Origin: an uncultured bacterium
GTDB lineage: Bacteria > Verrucomicrobiota > Verrucomicrobiia > Verrucomicrobiales > DEV007
Direction of reading: 5' to 3'
DNA length: 58,377 nucleotides
Assembly: GCA_963977015.1 (NCBI GenBank)
Contig: CAXBMO010000033.1
Coordinates: 1 to 58,377, forward strand
Made by a program: the position numbers and the translations under genes. Positions 41,545 to 51,461 of this stretch are shown here, piece by piece; positions within the stretch are counted from its first letter, which is position 1, and every line of letters begins with the position of its first letter. The notes below the pieces were generated by a model. That model did not search any database, was not told the DNA's origin, and worked only from the letters and a program-made list of their open reading frames with translations.

Positions 41545-41875
41545 GCTAAGAAATTTGCCACAAGTTAGGGAAACCGTGAAGCTAAAACTGGTTCTTTTTG
41601 GCGGCCATTGGGATAGTGTCGTGGATCGCGACGATTGAGGTGCCCATGGCGACAAAACGTTGAAGGTTAGGGGAATCTGAATGTGACTTTTCCAGTTTCT
41701 ATGGTCAGCATTTTTCCTTGGCAGGACGTTGTGATTCGACTGGCTTCCTGGGCGAGAGCGAAGGGTGGAATTGGAGGCTGGAGACAGCGATCGGAGGGTG
41801 GAGCGCGTGCGCCGATTTTCCGGAAGTGCTTGCCAAAGCCGTCCAACCATCGGAACGGTTCGTTCTTATCAGGAC

Positions 41876-42307
41876 ATGGACGACGAACTCGAACAGCTCT
41901 ATCAGGACATCATCCTGGGTCACAACAAGCGGCCCCGGCATGAAGGAGAACTGGATCCGTTCACGGGTAAGGCCGAGGGATACAATCCGCTCTGTGGCGA
42001 TCGGATCACGGTGTTTGTGAACGAGGACGAAGGGAAAATCGAAAAGGCGACGTTTTTGGGCGATGGCTGCGCGATTTCCCGGGCTTCAGCATCGATCATG
42101 ACGACGATGCTTGCCGGGCTCAGTCCCGATGAGGCGAGGGCGAAGGCGCAGGAGGTGTATCAACTTCTGACATCGGCGGAGGAGCCGGAGATCGATTTGA
42201 TGGAGATTGGCGATTTGGCGGCGTTGGCCGGGGTGCGGAAGTTTCCCGCCCGGATCAAATGCGCGACGCTGGCGTGGCATGCGCTGGAAGATGCGTTGAA
42301 GAAGTGA
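41876..42307 (+). CDS. sufU: SufU/NifU-type Fe-S assembly sulfur-transfer protein
   Basis: LYQDIIL.H, NPLCGD, GCAISRASAS, FPARIKCA.L.W. Confidence 0.95.
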   Translation: MDDELEQLYQDIILGHNKRPRHEGELDPFTGKAEGYNPLCGDRITVFVNEDEGKIEKATFLGDGCAISRASASIMTTMLAGLSPDEARAKAQEVYQLLTSAEEPEIDLMEIGDLAALAGVRKFPARIKCATLAWHALEDALKK

Positions 42308-42320
42308 GCCCAGGTGACGG

Positions 42321-43286
42321 TCAGGACTTGGGCCAGCGAAGGTAGAGGTAGACGCCGTAACTGACGAGGAGCAGCGTTCCCTCCCAGCGGTCGATGCGAA
42401 AGCCTGTCCGCATCAATGGCAGCAGGAGTAGCGACGTTCCCAACATGAACCCGAAGTCCAGCCAGCCGATGTTGCCCAGAGGAATGGGAGCAATCAGCGC
42501 GGTGGCTCCGAGAATGCTGAGGATGTTGAAGAGGTTCGACCCGACGATGTTGCCGACGGCGATGTCGGTTTCCTTGCGAAATGCGGCGACGGCGGAGGTT
42601 GCCAATTCCGGGAGGGAGGTTCCGGTTGCGACAATCGTCAGACCGATCACCGCCTCGCTGATCCCCAGGATCTGGGCCAGACCAACAGCATTGATGACCA
42701 GAAGCTGCGCCCCGAGAATCAGCAATCCGATCCCGGCCAGGGTCAGGACGATCTGGAGCGGCAATCCGCCTTTGGATTCGCCCACTTGTTCGGTGGGAAA
42801 CGCTTCACCCGCAGATTGCGCGAGGGAAGGGGACTCCCGTCGCGCCATTCGCACCGCCATCACGGTATAAGCAACCACTCCGCTGAAAAGCACAAGCCCC
42901 TCCCAGCGGCCAACCTGCGCGGCACTGAAGATAAAGAGGACACCGAGCAGCGACGCTCCCAGCATGATCGGCATATCCCAGCGAAGTACTTGAAGATGCA
43001 CTTGGAGAGGACAAATCAACGCCGCGATGCCCAGGATCACCGCCACATTGAAAATGTTGGAACCGACCACATTTCCGATGGCGAGGTCGCCCTTTCCAGC
43101 CACGGCTGACCCGATGGAAACCGCCATTTCCGGCGCGCTGGTGCCGAAGGCGACGATGGTTAGTCCGACCACGAGGGCGCTCAATCCCGCACGCCGCGCG
43201 ATTCCGGCGGAACCGCGCACCAAAGCCTCTGCGCCAACCGTAAGGATGACGAACCCCAGTAGGATGTAGAGGACGAAGGCGATCAT
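42321..43286 (-). CDS. Calcium/sodium antiporter (YrbG family)
   Basis: Two alpha repeats GLTIVA.GTS.PE with GN.VGSN.FN. Confidence 0.93.
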   Translation of the reverse strand: MIAFVLYILLGFVILTVGAEALVRGSAGIARRAGLSALVVGLTIVAFGTSAPEMAVSIGSAVAGKGDLAIGNVVGSNIFNVAVILGIAALICPLQVHLQVLRWDMPIMLGASLLGVLFIFSAAQVGRWEGLVLFSGVVAYTVMAVRMARRESPSLAQSAGEAFPTEQVGESKGGLPLQIVLTLAGIGLLILGAQLLVINAVGLAQILGISEAVIGLTIVATGTSLPELATSAVAAFRKETDIAVGNIVGSNLFNILSILGATALIAPIPLGNIGWLDFGFMLGTSLLLLPLMRTGFRIDRWEGTLLLVSYGVYLYLRWPKS

Positions 43287-43498
43287 TTCGAAAGGCAGCC
43301 TCGGCACCGGTAAGGGAGATTCGGCAATTGTCGAGACGTTCAATGCCGGTGGGCTCGGCCGAAAAAAAGGTCAGCGGAGTGTGAGGCCAGACTACGGGAT
43401 CGAAAAACGGAAAGCCGCTCGATCAAAATCCAGGTTCAATAGCGAGGAGTCGAGGTTGTGACTTGGCGAGATTGTGCTTTCTTACGCGCTCGCTTTCG

Positions 43499-43572
43499 GC
43501 GCCCATAGCTCAACCGGATAGAGCACCGGATTTCTAATCCGGGGGTTGCAGGTTCGAGTCCTGCTGGGCGCG
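43499..43572 (+). tRNA. tRNA-Arg(TCT)
   Basis: GCGCCCATAGCTCAACCGGATAGAGCACCGGATTTCTAATCCGGGGGTTGCAGGTTCGAGTCCTGCTGGGCGCG; anticodon arm CCGGA-TTTCTAA-TCCGG. Confidence 0.95.
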
Positions 43573-43588
43573 CTACCATTTGGGGAGG

Positions 43589-44617
43589 CTACTGCGCCGA
43601 CTTGATCTCGTCCCACGCCTTGTTGTATTTGGCGTTGGCTTCGCCGAGGTCGTCGATCATCTCACAATTCTGGAGCTTTTCGTCGTCGAGGAAGAGGGCG
43701 TCGATTTCTTTGAAGTCGTCGCTGACGAGGTCGTAGGCGGCGGAGTTAGGCGCGAGATAGTAGATGTAGTCCATGTTATCTGCGGCATTCTGCGGATCGG
43801 TCACGAAGTTGATGAACTGGTAGGCCAACTCAGGATTCGGGGCGGTTTTGGTGATCACGAGATCATCGCAGGCAATCGAGGTGCCTTCTTTCGGGACGGC
43901 GAATTCCACGTTCTCGTTGTCTTCCTGAGCTTGGAGCGCGTCTCCGGCGTAGGCATGGCTGAGGAGGAATTCGGCCGAGGCGAGTCCGCCGTCGTACTGG
44001 TCGCTTTCGAATTTGGCGATGTTTTTCTTCCAACCGATCACCACGTTTTTGGCGGCTTCGATCTCGGCGTCATCGGTCGAGTTGAGGCTGTAGCCGAGGT
44101 ATTTCAGGGCGGCGCCGATCGTTTCGCGAGAGTCGTTGAGCAGGGTGATGCGTCCTTTGAGGTCTTCGCGTTCGAAAACAGCCCAGGTTGGCTCGACGTT
44201 CTCGGCTTTGTCCGATACCCAGCCAATTCCGGTAGGGGCGAGCATGTAGGGAACGCTGTGCTTCATGGTTTTGTCGAAGGCCAGCTTGTCGAGGTATTCC
44301 TGGTCGACGTGCTCGAGGTTCGGGATCTGAGAATGATCCAGGTCCACGATCATGCCTTCCCGGGCGAGAATTTTCACCATGTAGCTGCTGGGCACGAGGA
44401 TGTCGTAGCCGGTCGCTCCCGCCTGCAGTTTGGCGAGCATCGCCTCGTTGGAGTCAAACGTGTCGATCACCACCTTGCAGTCGTGCGCCTCTTCAAAGGC
44501 AAGGACGAGATCCGGGTTGATGTAATCGTCCCAGTTGAAGACGTGAAGCACCGGTTTTTTGTCACCGCAGGATGTGAGGAGGAAGGCGGCAAACAGTGCG
44601 ACAAGAATCTTTTTCAT
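43589..44617 (-). CDS. potD: Spermidine/putrescine ABC transporter binding lipoprotein
   Basis: LTSC lipobox; FNW.DYI, FDSNE.M.AKL, YDI.VPS.Y, P.EG. Confidence 0.92.
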   Translation of the reverse strand: MKKILVALFAAFLLTSCGDKKPVLHVFNWDDYINPDLVLAFEEAHDCKVVIDTFDSNEAMLAKLQAGATGYDILVPSSYMVKILAREGMIVDLDHSQIPNLEHVDQEYLDKLAFDKTMKHSVPYMLAPTGIGWVSDKAENVEPTWAVFEREDLKGRITLLNDSRETIGAALKYLGYSLNSTDDAEIEAAKNVVIGWKKNIAKFESDQYDGGLASAEFLLSHAYAGDALQAQEDNENVEFAVPKEGTSIACDDLVITKTAPNPELAYQFINFVTDPQNAADNMDYIYYLAPNSAAYDLVSDDFKEIDALFLDDEKLQNCEMIDDLGEANAKYNKAWDEIKSAQ

Positions 44618-45414
44618 TCGGTAGAAGTGGATGTGATGGTTGATTTGGAAGTGAGCTTCTGACTCCACCAGACAATGAGAAAGGTCAGGGTGAGAAGCAG
44701 GGTAGAGAGAGCGTTGATGAGCGGTAATTCCCGGCTGTGTTTGACCATGCTGTAGATCTTCAGCGGAAGTGTGGTTGAGCCGGGGCCGGATACAAAGAAG
44801 GTGATTACGAAATCGTCAATCGAAAGTGTGAAACAGAGCAGGCCGCCAGCGATAATTCCGGGAGCGAGGAGGGGAAGCAGAATGCGTCGAATCGCGACGA
44901 TGCGGGTTGCGCCGAGGTCGCGAGCCGCGAAGAGGACCGACTGATCGAAGCCTTGAAGGCGGCCGAGCACGACGACGGTGACGAAGCTGGTGCAGAACGT
45001 GATGTGGGCGAGCAGGATAGTGCCGGTTCCCAGTTTGATCCCGAGCGCGGCAAAGAAGAGCAGCAGGCTGATGCCCATGAGGAGATCGGGAATGATGACC
45101 GGGAGATAGACGAGACCGTAGTGAAAGCGCTGGAGTCGCGTGCGATACCAGTGAAGCGCGCAGGCGGAAAGCGTGCCGAGAACCATCGACACGAGGCTGG
45201 AAACGGTGGCGATCCAGATGCTGCGTTGGGCGGCCTCCCAGATGTCACGATTCTTTGGCGAAAAGAGATCGCGATACCAATGAAGCGAAAACCCTCCCCA
45301 GGTGGAACTGAACTTCGCTTCGTTAAACGAGTTCACGACCAAAAACAGGATCGGGACGTAAAGAAACGCGAGGGTGAGACCGAGGATGAGGTGTGGGAAA
45401 TGACTCGTTTTCAT
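44614..45414 (-). CDS. potC: Polyamine ABC transporter permease
   Basis: FLY.PI, GFSL.WY, AARDLGA, FTLS.DDF.IT, TLP..IYS. Confidence 0.9.
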   Translation of the reverse strand: MKTSHFPHLILGLTLAFLYVPILFLVVNSFNEAKFSSTWGGFSLHWYRDLFSPKNRDIWEAAQRSIWIATVSSLVSMVLGTLSACALHWYRTRLQRFHYGLVYLPVIIPDLLMGISLLLFFAALGIKLGTGTILLAHITFCTSFVTVVVLGRLQGFDQSVLFAARDLGATRIVAIRRILLPLLAPGIIAGGLLCFTLSIDDFVITFFVSGPGSTTLPLKIYSMVKHSRELPLINALSTLLLTLTFLIVWWSQKLTSKSTITSTSTE

Positions 45415-46268
45415 CCTGCGATTGCGCCTCGCCGCTCCCTCCGGTTGAGGTGAGAAATCGCGAAAAGCGGAATCAGGGTAATGATGAGAAGAGCGACGGA
45501 AAGGGTTGCGGCTTGGGGGAGGTTTCGGTCTCCCAAGGTGCGTTGGGCAATCTTGTTCCCGATCATTTCCCCGCCCGGTCCACCCACGAGATCGGGAATG
45601 AGGTAAGACCCTAACGCGGGGATCAGGACGAGCATGGTGGCGGTCGCCAGGCCGCGGCTGATCCCGGGGATGAAGACCTTGGAGAAGGCCGCGAAACCGG
45701 AAGCGCCGAGATCGCGCGCGGCTTCCATCAACCCAAAATCGAATCGCTCAGCCGCCGCGTAAAGGGGAAGGATGGCGAAGGGAAGATAGGTGTACACCAT
45801 CACCATCAGCACGGCTCCCTCATGGTAGAGAAGCAGGGTGTCGGGCTCGATGATTCCCCACGAAATCAGGGTCTGGCGAACGATCCCTTCCGGATGAAGC
45901 AGAACGCGCCAGGCTGCGACGCGAATCACGAAATTGGTCCAAAAGGGAATGATGACGAGCACCAAGAGGATGGCTCGCCATCGGCCCTGCATCTTGCCGA
46001 GGAGATAGACGATGGGCAGGGAAATCGCGAGGCAAACGACCGTAGTGACGACGCTCAACCAGACGGTGCGCCAGAGGATCAACGGGTAGTGGCGATTGCC
46101 GAGAGCCTTCCATGCGTCGAGCGAAACGCCTTCTCCCACGCCACCGTAGGGAGTCGTGGGACGAAACGAAATCGCGACCATAGCGAGGGCGGGAATCGCA
46201 AAAAAGAACAGCAGCCACGCGAGGGTCGGCCCGGTGAGAATCAACTCGTCTCTCTTTCGGGGGTTCAT
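45411..46268 (-). CDS. potB: Polyamine ABC transporter permease
   Basis: IPFWTNF.IR..AW, YTYLPF.ILP.Y, EAARDLGA. Confidence 0.9.
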   Translation of the reverse strand: MNPRKRDELILTGPTLAWLLFFFAIPALAMVAISFRPTTPYGGVGEGVSLDAWKALGNRHYPLILWRTVWLSVVTTVVCLAISLPIVYLLGKMQGRWRAILLVLVIIPFWTNFVIRVAAWRVLLHPEGIVRQTLISWGIIEPDTLLLYHEGAVLMVMVYTYLPFAILPLYAAAERFDFGLMEAARDLGASGFAAFSKVFIPGISRGLATATMLVLIPALGSYLIPDLVGGPGGEMIGNKIAQRTLGDRNLPQAATLSVALLIITLIPLFAISHLNRRERRGAIAG

Positions 46269-47452
46269 GGGTGCGGCCTGGGTTCCTCCGGGCCGTCCTC
46301 CTCATGGGGCCCGGCGTCGGGTAGGGAGAGAAACTGCCGGTCCTCCTCCTCAAACTCTTTCAGGAGATACCCGTCATTGGCGTGCCAACCGATCCAGACT
46401 TCGTCTTCCCAGGTCAGCGGCTTCTCGTCATCGAGAAAGTAGCGGCCGTGTTGGGCCTCGACCGCGATCAACTGGGTGCCGATCCGGATCCAGAAACGGG
46501 TGAGCGATCCGAGGTAAATCATGTCTTGAATCACGCCCCGGGCCAGGTTGTGCTCCTTGGAGAGGGTTGGTTGGTTTCGGGAAAGAACGATTTTCTCGGG
46601 GCGCAGACTCAGGGTGACCTCCTGGTTCTGAGAGAGCGGCCGATCGTTGTAAATTTGGATGGTGCCGAAGTCAGCGACCCTCGCGTTGCTGTATTCCTCA
46701 TCAATCACCGACTCGACCGTGCCGTGCAGGAAGTTGGTGTCGCCGATGAATGCCGCGACAAAACTGTTCTCCGGTGATTCATAGACCTCGGCCGGTGTTC
46801 CGATCTGTTCCACGTTTCCGTGGTTCATCACGGCCATGCGATCGCTGATTCCCATGGCTTCGCTCTGATCGTGAGTGACGTAGAGAAAGGTGATCCCGAC
46901 TTCGTCATGCAAGTCCTCCAACTCGACCAACAGGCGTTGCCGGAGTTTGAGATCGAGCGCAGCGAGCGGTTCATCGAGTAGCAACACATCCGGTTTGTTG
47001 ATCAACGCCCGGGCAATCGCGACGCGTTGTTTCTGCCCGCCGGATAGTTCGCTCGGCTTCTTGTCCGCGTGAGCCGTCAAATCGACCAGCTCCAACATCC
47101 GCTCGATCTCATCGGCGATCTGCGCCTTGGATAGCTTTTTGGCGAGCTCCGGCCCAAAGGCGATGTTCTGGCGAAGCGTGAGATGGGGAAAAAGCGCGTA
47201 GTTTTGAAACACCGTATTCACCGGGCGTTTCTCGGGTGGCAGCTTGGCGATGTCCTCTCCATGGAGCAGAATTCGGCCTTCGTCAGGCTCGATAAATCCC
47301 GCGACCATTCGCAGCAGCGTTGTTTTTCCGCACCCGCTAGGCCCGAGCAATGAAAAAACCTCTCCTTTCTCAATCGAGAAAGACGTGTCGGAAACCGCGA
47401 TAAAATCGTCGAAACGCTTGGTGACGTGATCGAAAACCAAAAACTCGCTCAT
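46265..47452 (-). CDS. potA: Polyamine ABC transporter ATPase
   Basis: GPSGCGKTT, VNTVFQNYALFPH, LSGGQKQR, LLLDEP, C-terminal TOBE-like region. Confidence 0.93.
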   Translation of the reverse strand: MSEFLVFDHVTKRFDDFIAVSDTSFSIEKGEVFSLLGPSGCGKTTLLRMVAGFIEPDEGRILLHGEDIAKLPPEKRPVNTVFQNYALFPHLTLRQNIAFGPELAKKLSKAQIADEIERMLELVDLTAHADKKPSELSGGQKQRVAIARALINKPDVLLLDEPLAALDLKLRQRLLVELEDLHDEVGITFLYVTHDQSEAMGISDRMAVMNHGNVEQIGTPAEVYESPENSFVAAFIGDTNFLHGTVESVIDEEYSNARVADFGTIQIYNDRPLSQNQEVTLSLRPEKIVLSRNQPTLSKEHNLARGVIQDMIYLGSLTRFWIRIGTQLIAVEAQHGRYFLDDEKPLTWEDEVWIGWHANDGYLLKEFEEEDRQFLSLPDAGPHEEDGPEEPRPHP

Positions 47453-47506
47453 CAATGGTGGCTAGCGCGCCGATGGTAGGATCGAACGCGGACTCGGCAA
47501 CCAAAA

Positions 47507-48076
47507 TCAGCCTTCGATCGCAAGGAAATTGCGCAGAATCTGTTTTCCCTCCGTCGTCAGGATCGATTCGGGGTGAAACTGGACGCCGTGGATCGGAAGT
47601 TCGCGATGTCGAACACCCATGATCTCGCCTTCCTCCGTTTCCGCCGTCACCTCAAGGCAATCCGGCATCGAATCCGGCCTGATGATGAGGGAGTGATAGC
47701 GCGTGGCCTCAAACGGATTGGAAAGACCGGCAAACAGCCCCTCGCCATTGTGCTTCACCGGCGAAGTCTTGCCGTGCATGAGCCGGTCGGCGCGAACCAC
47801 ATTGCCGCCAAAAACGTGGCCAATGCATTGATGCCCCAGGCAAACGCCCAGAATCGGAAGCTTCGAGCCAAATTCCTTGATCACCTCATTGCTGATTCCC
47901 GCCTCATTCGGCGTACAGGGACCGGGCGAAATACAAATGCGCTCCGGCGCCAGTTTGGCGATCTGTTCCAGGGTGATCTCGTCATTGCGGAAGATTTCCA
48001 TCTCCGCGCCCAATTCTCCAAAGTATTGGACGAGGTTGTAAGTGAACGAGTCGTAGTTGTCGATGACGAGAAGCAT
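47507..48076 (-). CDS. trpG: Anthranilate synthase component II (glutamine amidotransferase; PabA-like)
   Basis: [37 protein letters not shown]. Confidence 0.94.
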   Translation of the reverse strand: MLLVIDNYDSFTYNLVQYFGELGAEMEIFRNDEITLEQIAKLAPERICISPGPCTPNEAGISNEVIKEFGSKLPILGVCLGHQCIGHVFGGNVVRADRLMHGKTSPVKHNGEGLFAGLSNPFEATRYHSLIIRPDSMPDCLEVTAETEEGEIMGVRHRELPIHGVQFHPESILTTEGKQILRNFLAIEG

Positions 48077-48089
48077 AGGGTGTGTGGGA

Positions 48090-48404
48090 TCAGGAAAAGT
48101 CATCAAAGAGCGTCGGAAGGTCGCGCGCTCCATGAATGATACGCAATACTTGGATTCCTTTTGCTATTGGTCGATAGAAAATGATGTAGTTCGGAAATTT
48201 AGAAACGACTCTACAGCAAACATCGGCAAAGCATGGCTCATTTAAATAATCGGGATGTTTTCCGAGGCCGGGATGTTCGTCTAACAGCGTCATTGTGCGA
48301 TCAATTGCTTGCAGAACATCCTCTGCGGCTCTCGGGTTGTCGGCCAGAATGTAATCCAGAATCGCGGCGAGGTCCTCGTCCGCCCTGGACGTCGTGTGAA
48401 CCAT
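48090..48404 (-). CDS. RelE/ParE-family toxin
   Basis: A.EDL..I.DYI..DNP.AA...L..I, HPGLG, YIIFYR...I.VLRI.HGARD. Confidence 0.9.
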   Translation of the reverse strand: MVHTTSRADEDLAAILDYILADNPRAAEDVLQAIDRTMTLLDEHPGLGKHPDYLNEPCFADVCCRVVSKFPNYIIFYRPIAKGIQVLRIIHGARDLPTLFDDFS

Positions 48405-48416
48405 AGCCTTCCAATC

Positions 48417-48662
48417 CTACGATTCGGCTGCGACGCTCCGTGCCTTTTCAAGCAATCCATCGAAGTATTCACGATCCAACGGCTTTGGCGTCTCTGCCAT
48501 CCCTTCTTCCAGCGACTTCTTGAGGGCTTTCAGGTCTTGGGTATTGGAGACTGACAAGGTAACCTCACCAGCCCTCACCGTTCCCACGAATCGATCTCCA
48601 TCCTTCAGAGAAAGTCCCGGCAGGAGACGCATCAATTGATCCGCTGAGATCGTTGTCTTCAT
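48417..48662 (-). CDS. Putative antitoxin
   Basis: 81 aa directly upstream of the toxin; ParD-like C-terminus L..SLEEG...P.PLD..YF. Confidence 0.7.
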   Translation of the reverse strand: MKTTISADQLMRLLPGLSLKDGDRFVGTVRAGEVTLSVSNTQDLKALKKSLEEGMAETPKPLDREYFDGLLEKARSVAAES

Positions 48663-48763
48663 GACTCAAGTATAGCGGCTTTGTCAGAAATGAAAACTGC
48701 GAATTCGGCCGCACGAAAGTTGGAAACACCAAGTGCAACTGAACTCAAACTGGGATCTGAAAG

Positions 48764-50275
48764 TCAAGCTTGCTCCGCCAACCAGCGCGCATGTTCCACC
48801 GCGCGCATCAACCCTTTGGCCTTGTTGACGGTTTCCTCGTATTCATTCGCGGGAACGGAATCGGCGACGACGCCGGCGCCGGCTTGAATGTAGACGGTTT
48901 CGTCTTTCACCACGGCGGTGCGGAGGGCGATGCAGGAGTCGTGGTTGCCGTCGAAGCCGAAGTAGCCGACGGCTCCGGCGTAGGCACAGCGCTTGCTTTT
49001 CTCCATCTCATTGATGACTTGCATGGCGCGGACCTTGGGCGATCCGGAAACCGTTCCGGCGGGGAACGTGGCCCGCATCACGTCATACGAGGTCAGGCCA
49101 TCGCGCAGATGACCGTCGACGTTGGTGACGATGTGCATGACGTGGCTGTAGCGCTCGATCGTCATGAAGTCGCTAACTTTAACGCTGTGAAAATCGGCAA
49201 CGCGGCCGACGTCGTTGCGCGCGAGGTCGACCAGCATGATGTGTTCGGCGCGTTCCTTGGGATCGTCGAGGAGGTCCTGAGCGAGCGCTTCGTCTTCTTC
49301 CACGGTTTTTCCCCGCCAACGCGTTCCCGCAATTGGACGAATGTCGATCCGGCCGTCGATGCTGCGCACGTGGACTTCCGGTGAACTGCCGACGAGCGAG
49401 AAGCCGTGCTCGAACTGGAGGCAGAACATGTAGGGCGAGGGATTGATGTGGCGAAGCGCGCGATAGAGGTCAATCGGCGAACCGCCGAATTTCACGGAGA
49501 AGCGTTGCGATGGAACAACTTGGAAAATGTCGCCGGCATGGATGTATTCCTTGGCCTTCTCGACCATGCCCTCGTATTCCTCCTTCGTGGTGTTGGATTC
49601 GTAGTGGAGTTCGCCCGCTTCGCGGAAGGTGGACAAGGGCGAGAACTGAATCGGGCGGCTGAGGTTGGCGACCAGTTGCTGGATCTGGGCGCGGGCGTGG
49701 GAATACGCCGTTTCGAGACTGTCGTGCTCGTCGAGGAAGACGTTGGCAACGAGCTGGAGCTTGCGAAAGCGATGATCGAACACCACGAGCGTGTCCGCCA
49801 GCATGAAGACCATGTCGGGAAGCTCGAGTTCGTCGTTCGGCGGGGCGGGAACGCTCGGCTCGAAAAACCGGACCATGTCGTAGGACAAATAGCCGACCGC
49901 GCCGCCGCTGAAAACGGGCAACCCGTCGACCTGAACCGGCTGGTAGTTGGCCATCAGCTTTTCCAATTCCGCCAACGGCTCGGAGTCCTGCTCCGCCGTG
50001 AACGCGCGGGTTTCCCCGTTTTCCCGCACTTCGATTTCGCGGCCCCAGGCGGTGAAAACCATCTTGGGGTTGTTGCCGAGAAAGGAGAAGCGTCCGATTT
50101 GGTCACTCTTTTCGGCGGATTCGAGCAGGAAGGAACATTTCCCGGGGTCGCTGAATTTCTGAAACGCGGAGATCGGCGTCTCGTAGTCGGCGGTTAATTC
50201 GGTGAATACTGGAACGACGTTGCCTTTCTTGGCGAGTTCCTGAAATTGGTCAAAAGCTGGCTGGAGCGGAATCAT
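48764..50275 (-). CDS. trpE: Anthranilate synthase component I
   Basis: LLESAE, GRFSF, GGAVGY, GDIFQVV.SQR, NPSPYM, PIAGT, KERAEH.MLVDLARND, GAGVVADS. Confidence 0.96.
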   Translation of the reverse strand: MIPLQPAFDQFQELAKKGNVVPVFTELTADYETPISAFQKFSDPGKCSFLLESAEKSDQIGRFSFLGNNPKMVFTAWGREIEVRENGETRAFTAEQDSEPLAELEKLMANYQPVQVDGLPVFSGGAVGYLSYDMVRFFEPSVPAPPNDELELPDMVFMLADTLVVFDHRFRKLQLVANVFLDEHDSLETAYSHARAQIQQLVANLSRPIQFSPLSTFREAGELHYESNTTKEEYEGMVEKAKEYIHAGDIFQVVPSQRFSVKFGGSPIDLYRALRHINPSPYMFCLQFEHGFSLVGSSPEVHVRSIDGRIDIRPIAGTRWRGKTVEEDEALAQDLLDDPKERAEHIMLVDLARNDVGRVADFHSVKVSDFMTIERYSHVMHIVTNVDGHLRDGLTSYDVMRATFPAGTVSGSPKVRAMQVINEMEKSKRCAYAGAVGYFGFDGNHDSCIALRTAVVKDETVYIQAGAGVVADSVPANEYEETVNKAKGLMRAVEHARWLAEQA

Positions 50276-50537
50276 GCGCGGATAAGGGCGTGGAAGGTAG
50301 GCTCTCCTCGCTGAAACGCAATGCGGAGGGGGCTGACATTGATGCGAAACTTTTGAAGAGAGGAGGGGAGGGATTCGTCGGTTCTCTTCGAAGGAAGCCC
50401 GGATCCTTGTTGTTCTGCTTGGGACAAACGTCGTTGCCTGTGGAAAAGCGCTGGGTAAAGTCTTCTCTTCCCCTCGAAACGATTTTCCGCTAAGTTAACT
50501 GCCGCTTGGAGCTTTGGCCCCAGCTGCCTTTTTAGAC

Positions 50538-51431
50538 ATGGACAACGAATTCTCCCAAATGACGACCGGTCAACCCCCCAGCCGTAATACGGTCTTTTCG
50601 GTCGCCTTCACCCGTCTTCTTCTCGTCAGTTGCGTGCTGCTGTTTGGCATCATTGTTGGTATGAAGGTGAGCGATTACTTTCATGGACGCTACTTTGAAC
50701 GTCAGGAACGCGGGATGATGGCTCAGGCTCAACCCCAGGCTGTTCCGCAGAATTACAACGGGCAGTATGCACCGGCGCAGGGTTCCCAGATTCCGTCTGC
50801 ACCGGTCGTTCAAGGAGGCTCCGTGCAGCCGATTTCGCCAACCGGAGCCCCGAACGTGGCGACAACGACCATTCTTCCGCCGGCGGGATTGGGGCAACCG
50901 GCCCGCCAGGCCACGCCAGGTTATCCGCCGTCGACGCCTCAGAAAACTGCGGTGGCGAGTTCCAGTGCGACGGAGCTGCAGGCGCTGAAGCAGGAGCGCG
51001 AGTTGGTGAGCAAGCGCTTCGAGCAGATCAATTCCGGAAACACAAATTCATCGCAACCTCAGCCCGGGGTGGCTCAGTCCGCTCCGGCTCCTCCCAAGCC
51101 TTCACTGGGGGGGAGTTCGGCGCCACGCTACGATCCTGACGAAGGGATGACGCCGGAAGAGATCCGATTGCGAGATTCACCGGCGATCGCCAAGGTAACC
51201 TGGTCGGATTCCAGCTATAATTTTGTGACGATCGATGCGGGGAGTCAGAACAATCTGAGTGAAGGCCGGGAACTGGCGGTCCGGCGCGGAGGGCAGATTT
51301 TGGGTCTCGTCAAAATTTCCGCCGTGTATGAGAAGGATAGCGAAGCCGAATTGATCGGTCGTTGGCGTCGGGATTTGGAAGTCCCTCGCCCCGTGGCCGG
51401 TGATGACCTCCTGCCGTATCCTCCTTTTTAA
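50538..51431 (+). CDS. Membrane-anchored protein: Pro/Gln-rich linker, coiled coil, C-terminal beta-barrel (paralogue 1)
   Basis: TM helix; C-terminal PAIAKV...NFVTIDAG...L..G.ELAVRR.G...P.AGDD. Confidence 0.75.
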   Translation: MDNEFSQMTTGQPPSRNTVFSVAFTRLLLVSCVLLFGIIVGMKVSDYFHGRYFERQERGMMAQAQPQAVPQNYNGQYAPAQGSQIPSAPVVQGGSVQPISPTGAPNVATTTILPPAGLGQPARQATPGYPPSTPQKTAVASSSATELQALKQERELVSKRFEQINSGNTNSSQPQPGVAQSAPAPPKPSLGGSSAPRYDPDEGMTPEEIRLRDSPAIAKVTWSDSSYNFVTIDAGSQNNLSEGRELAVRRGGQILGLVKISAVYEKDSEAELIGRWRRDLEVPRPVAGDDLLPYPPF

Positions 51432-51461
51432 CCGCATCATCTGAAACCGCCACGCCACGCC

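Noticed and set aside
41867-41910. 11-bp direct repeat TATCAGGACAT at the sufU start as a target-site duplication
   Set aside because: Copies are 33 bp apart on one side of the TPR insert rather than flanking it; the second encodes the conserved YQDI.
21312-43468. Shared 13-mer TTGTGACTTGGCG in two intergenic regions
   Set aside because: No functional link between the neighbouring genes, inconsistent distances, and it lacks the second half-site of the Pho-like motif.
43499-43572. tRNA-Arg as an island integration site
   Set aside because: No integrase, and I saw no duplicated tRNA 3' end; flanked by housekeeping transporters.
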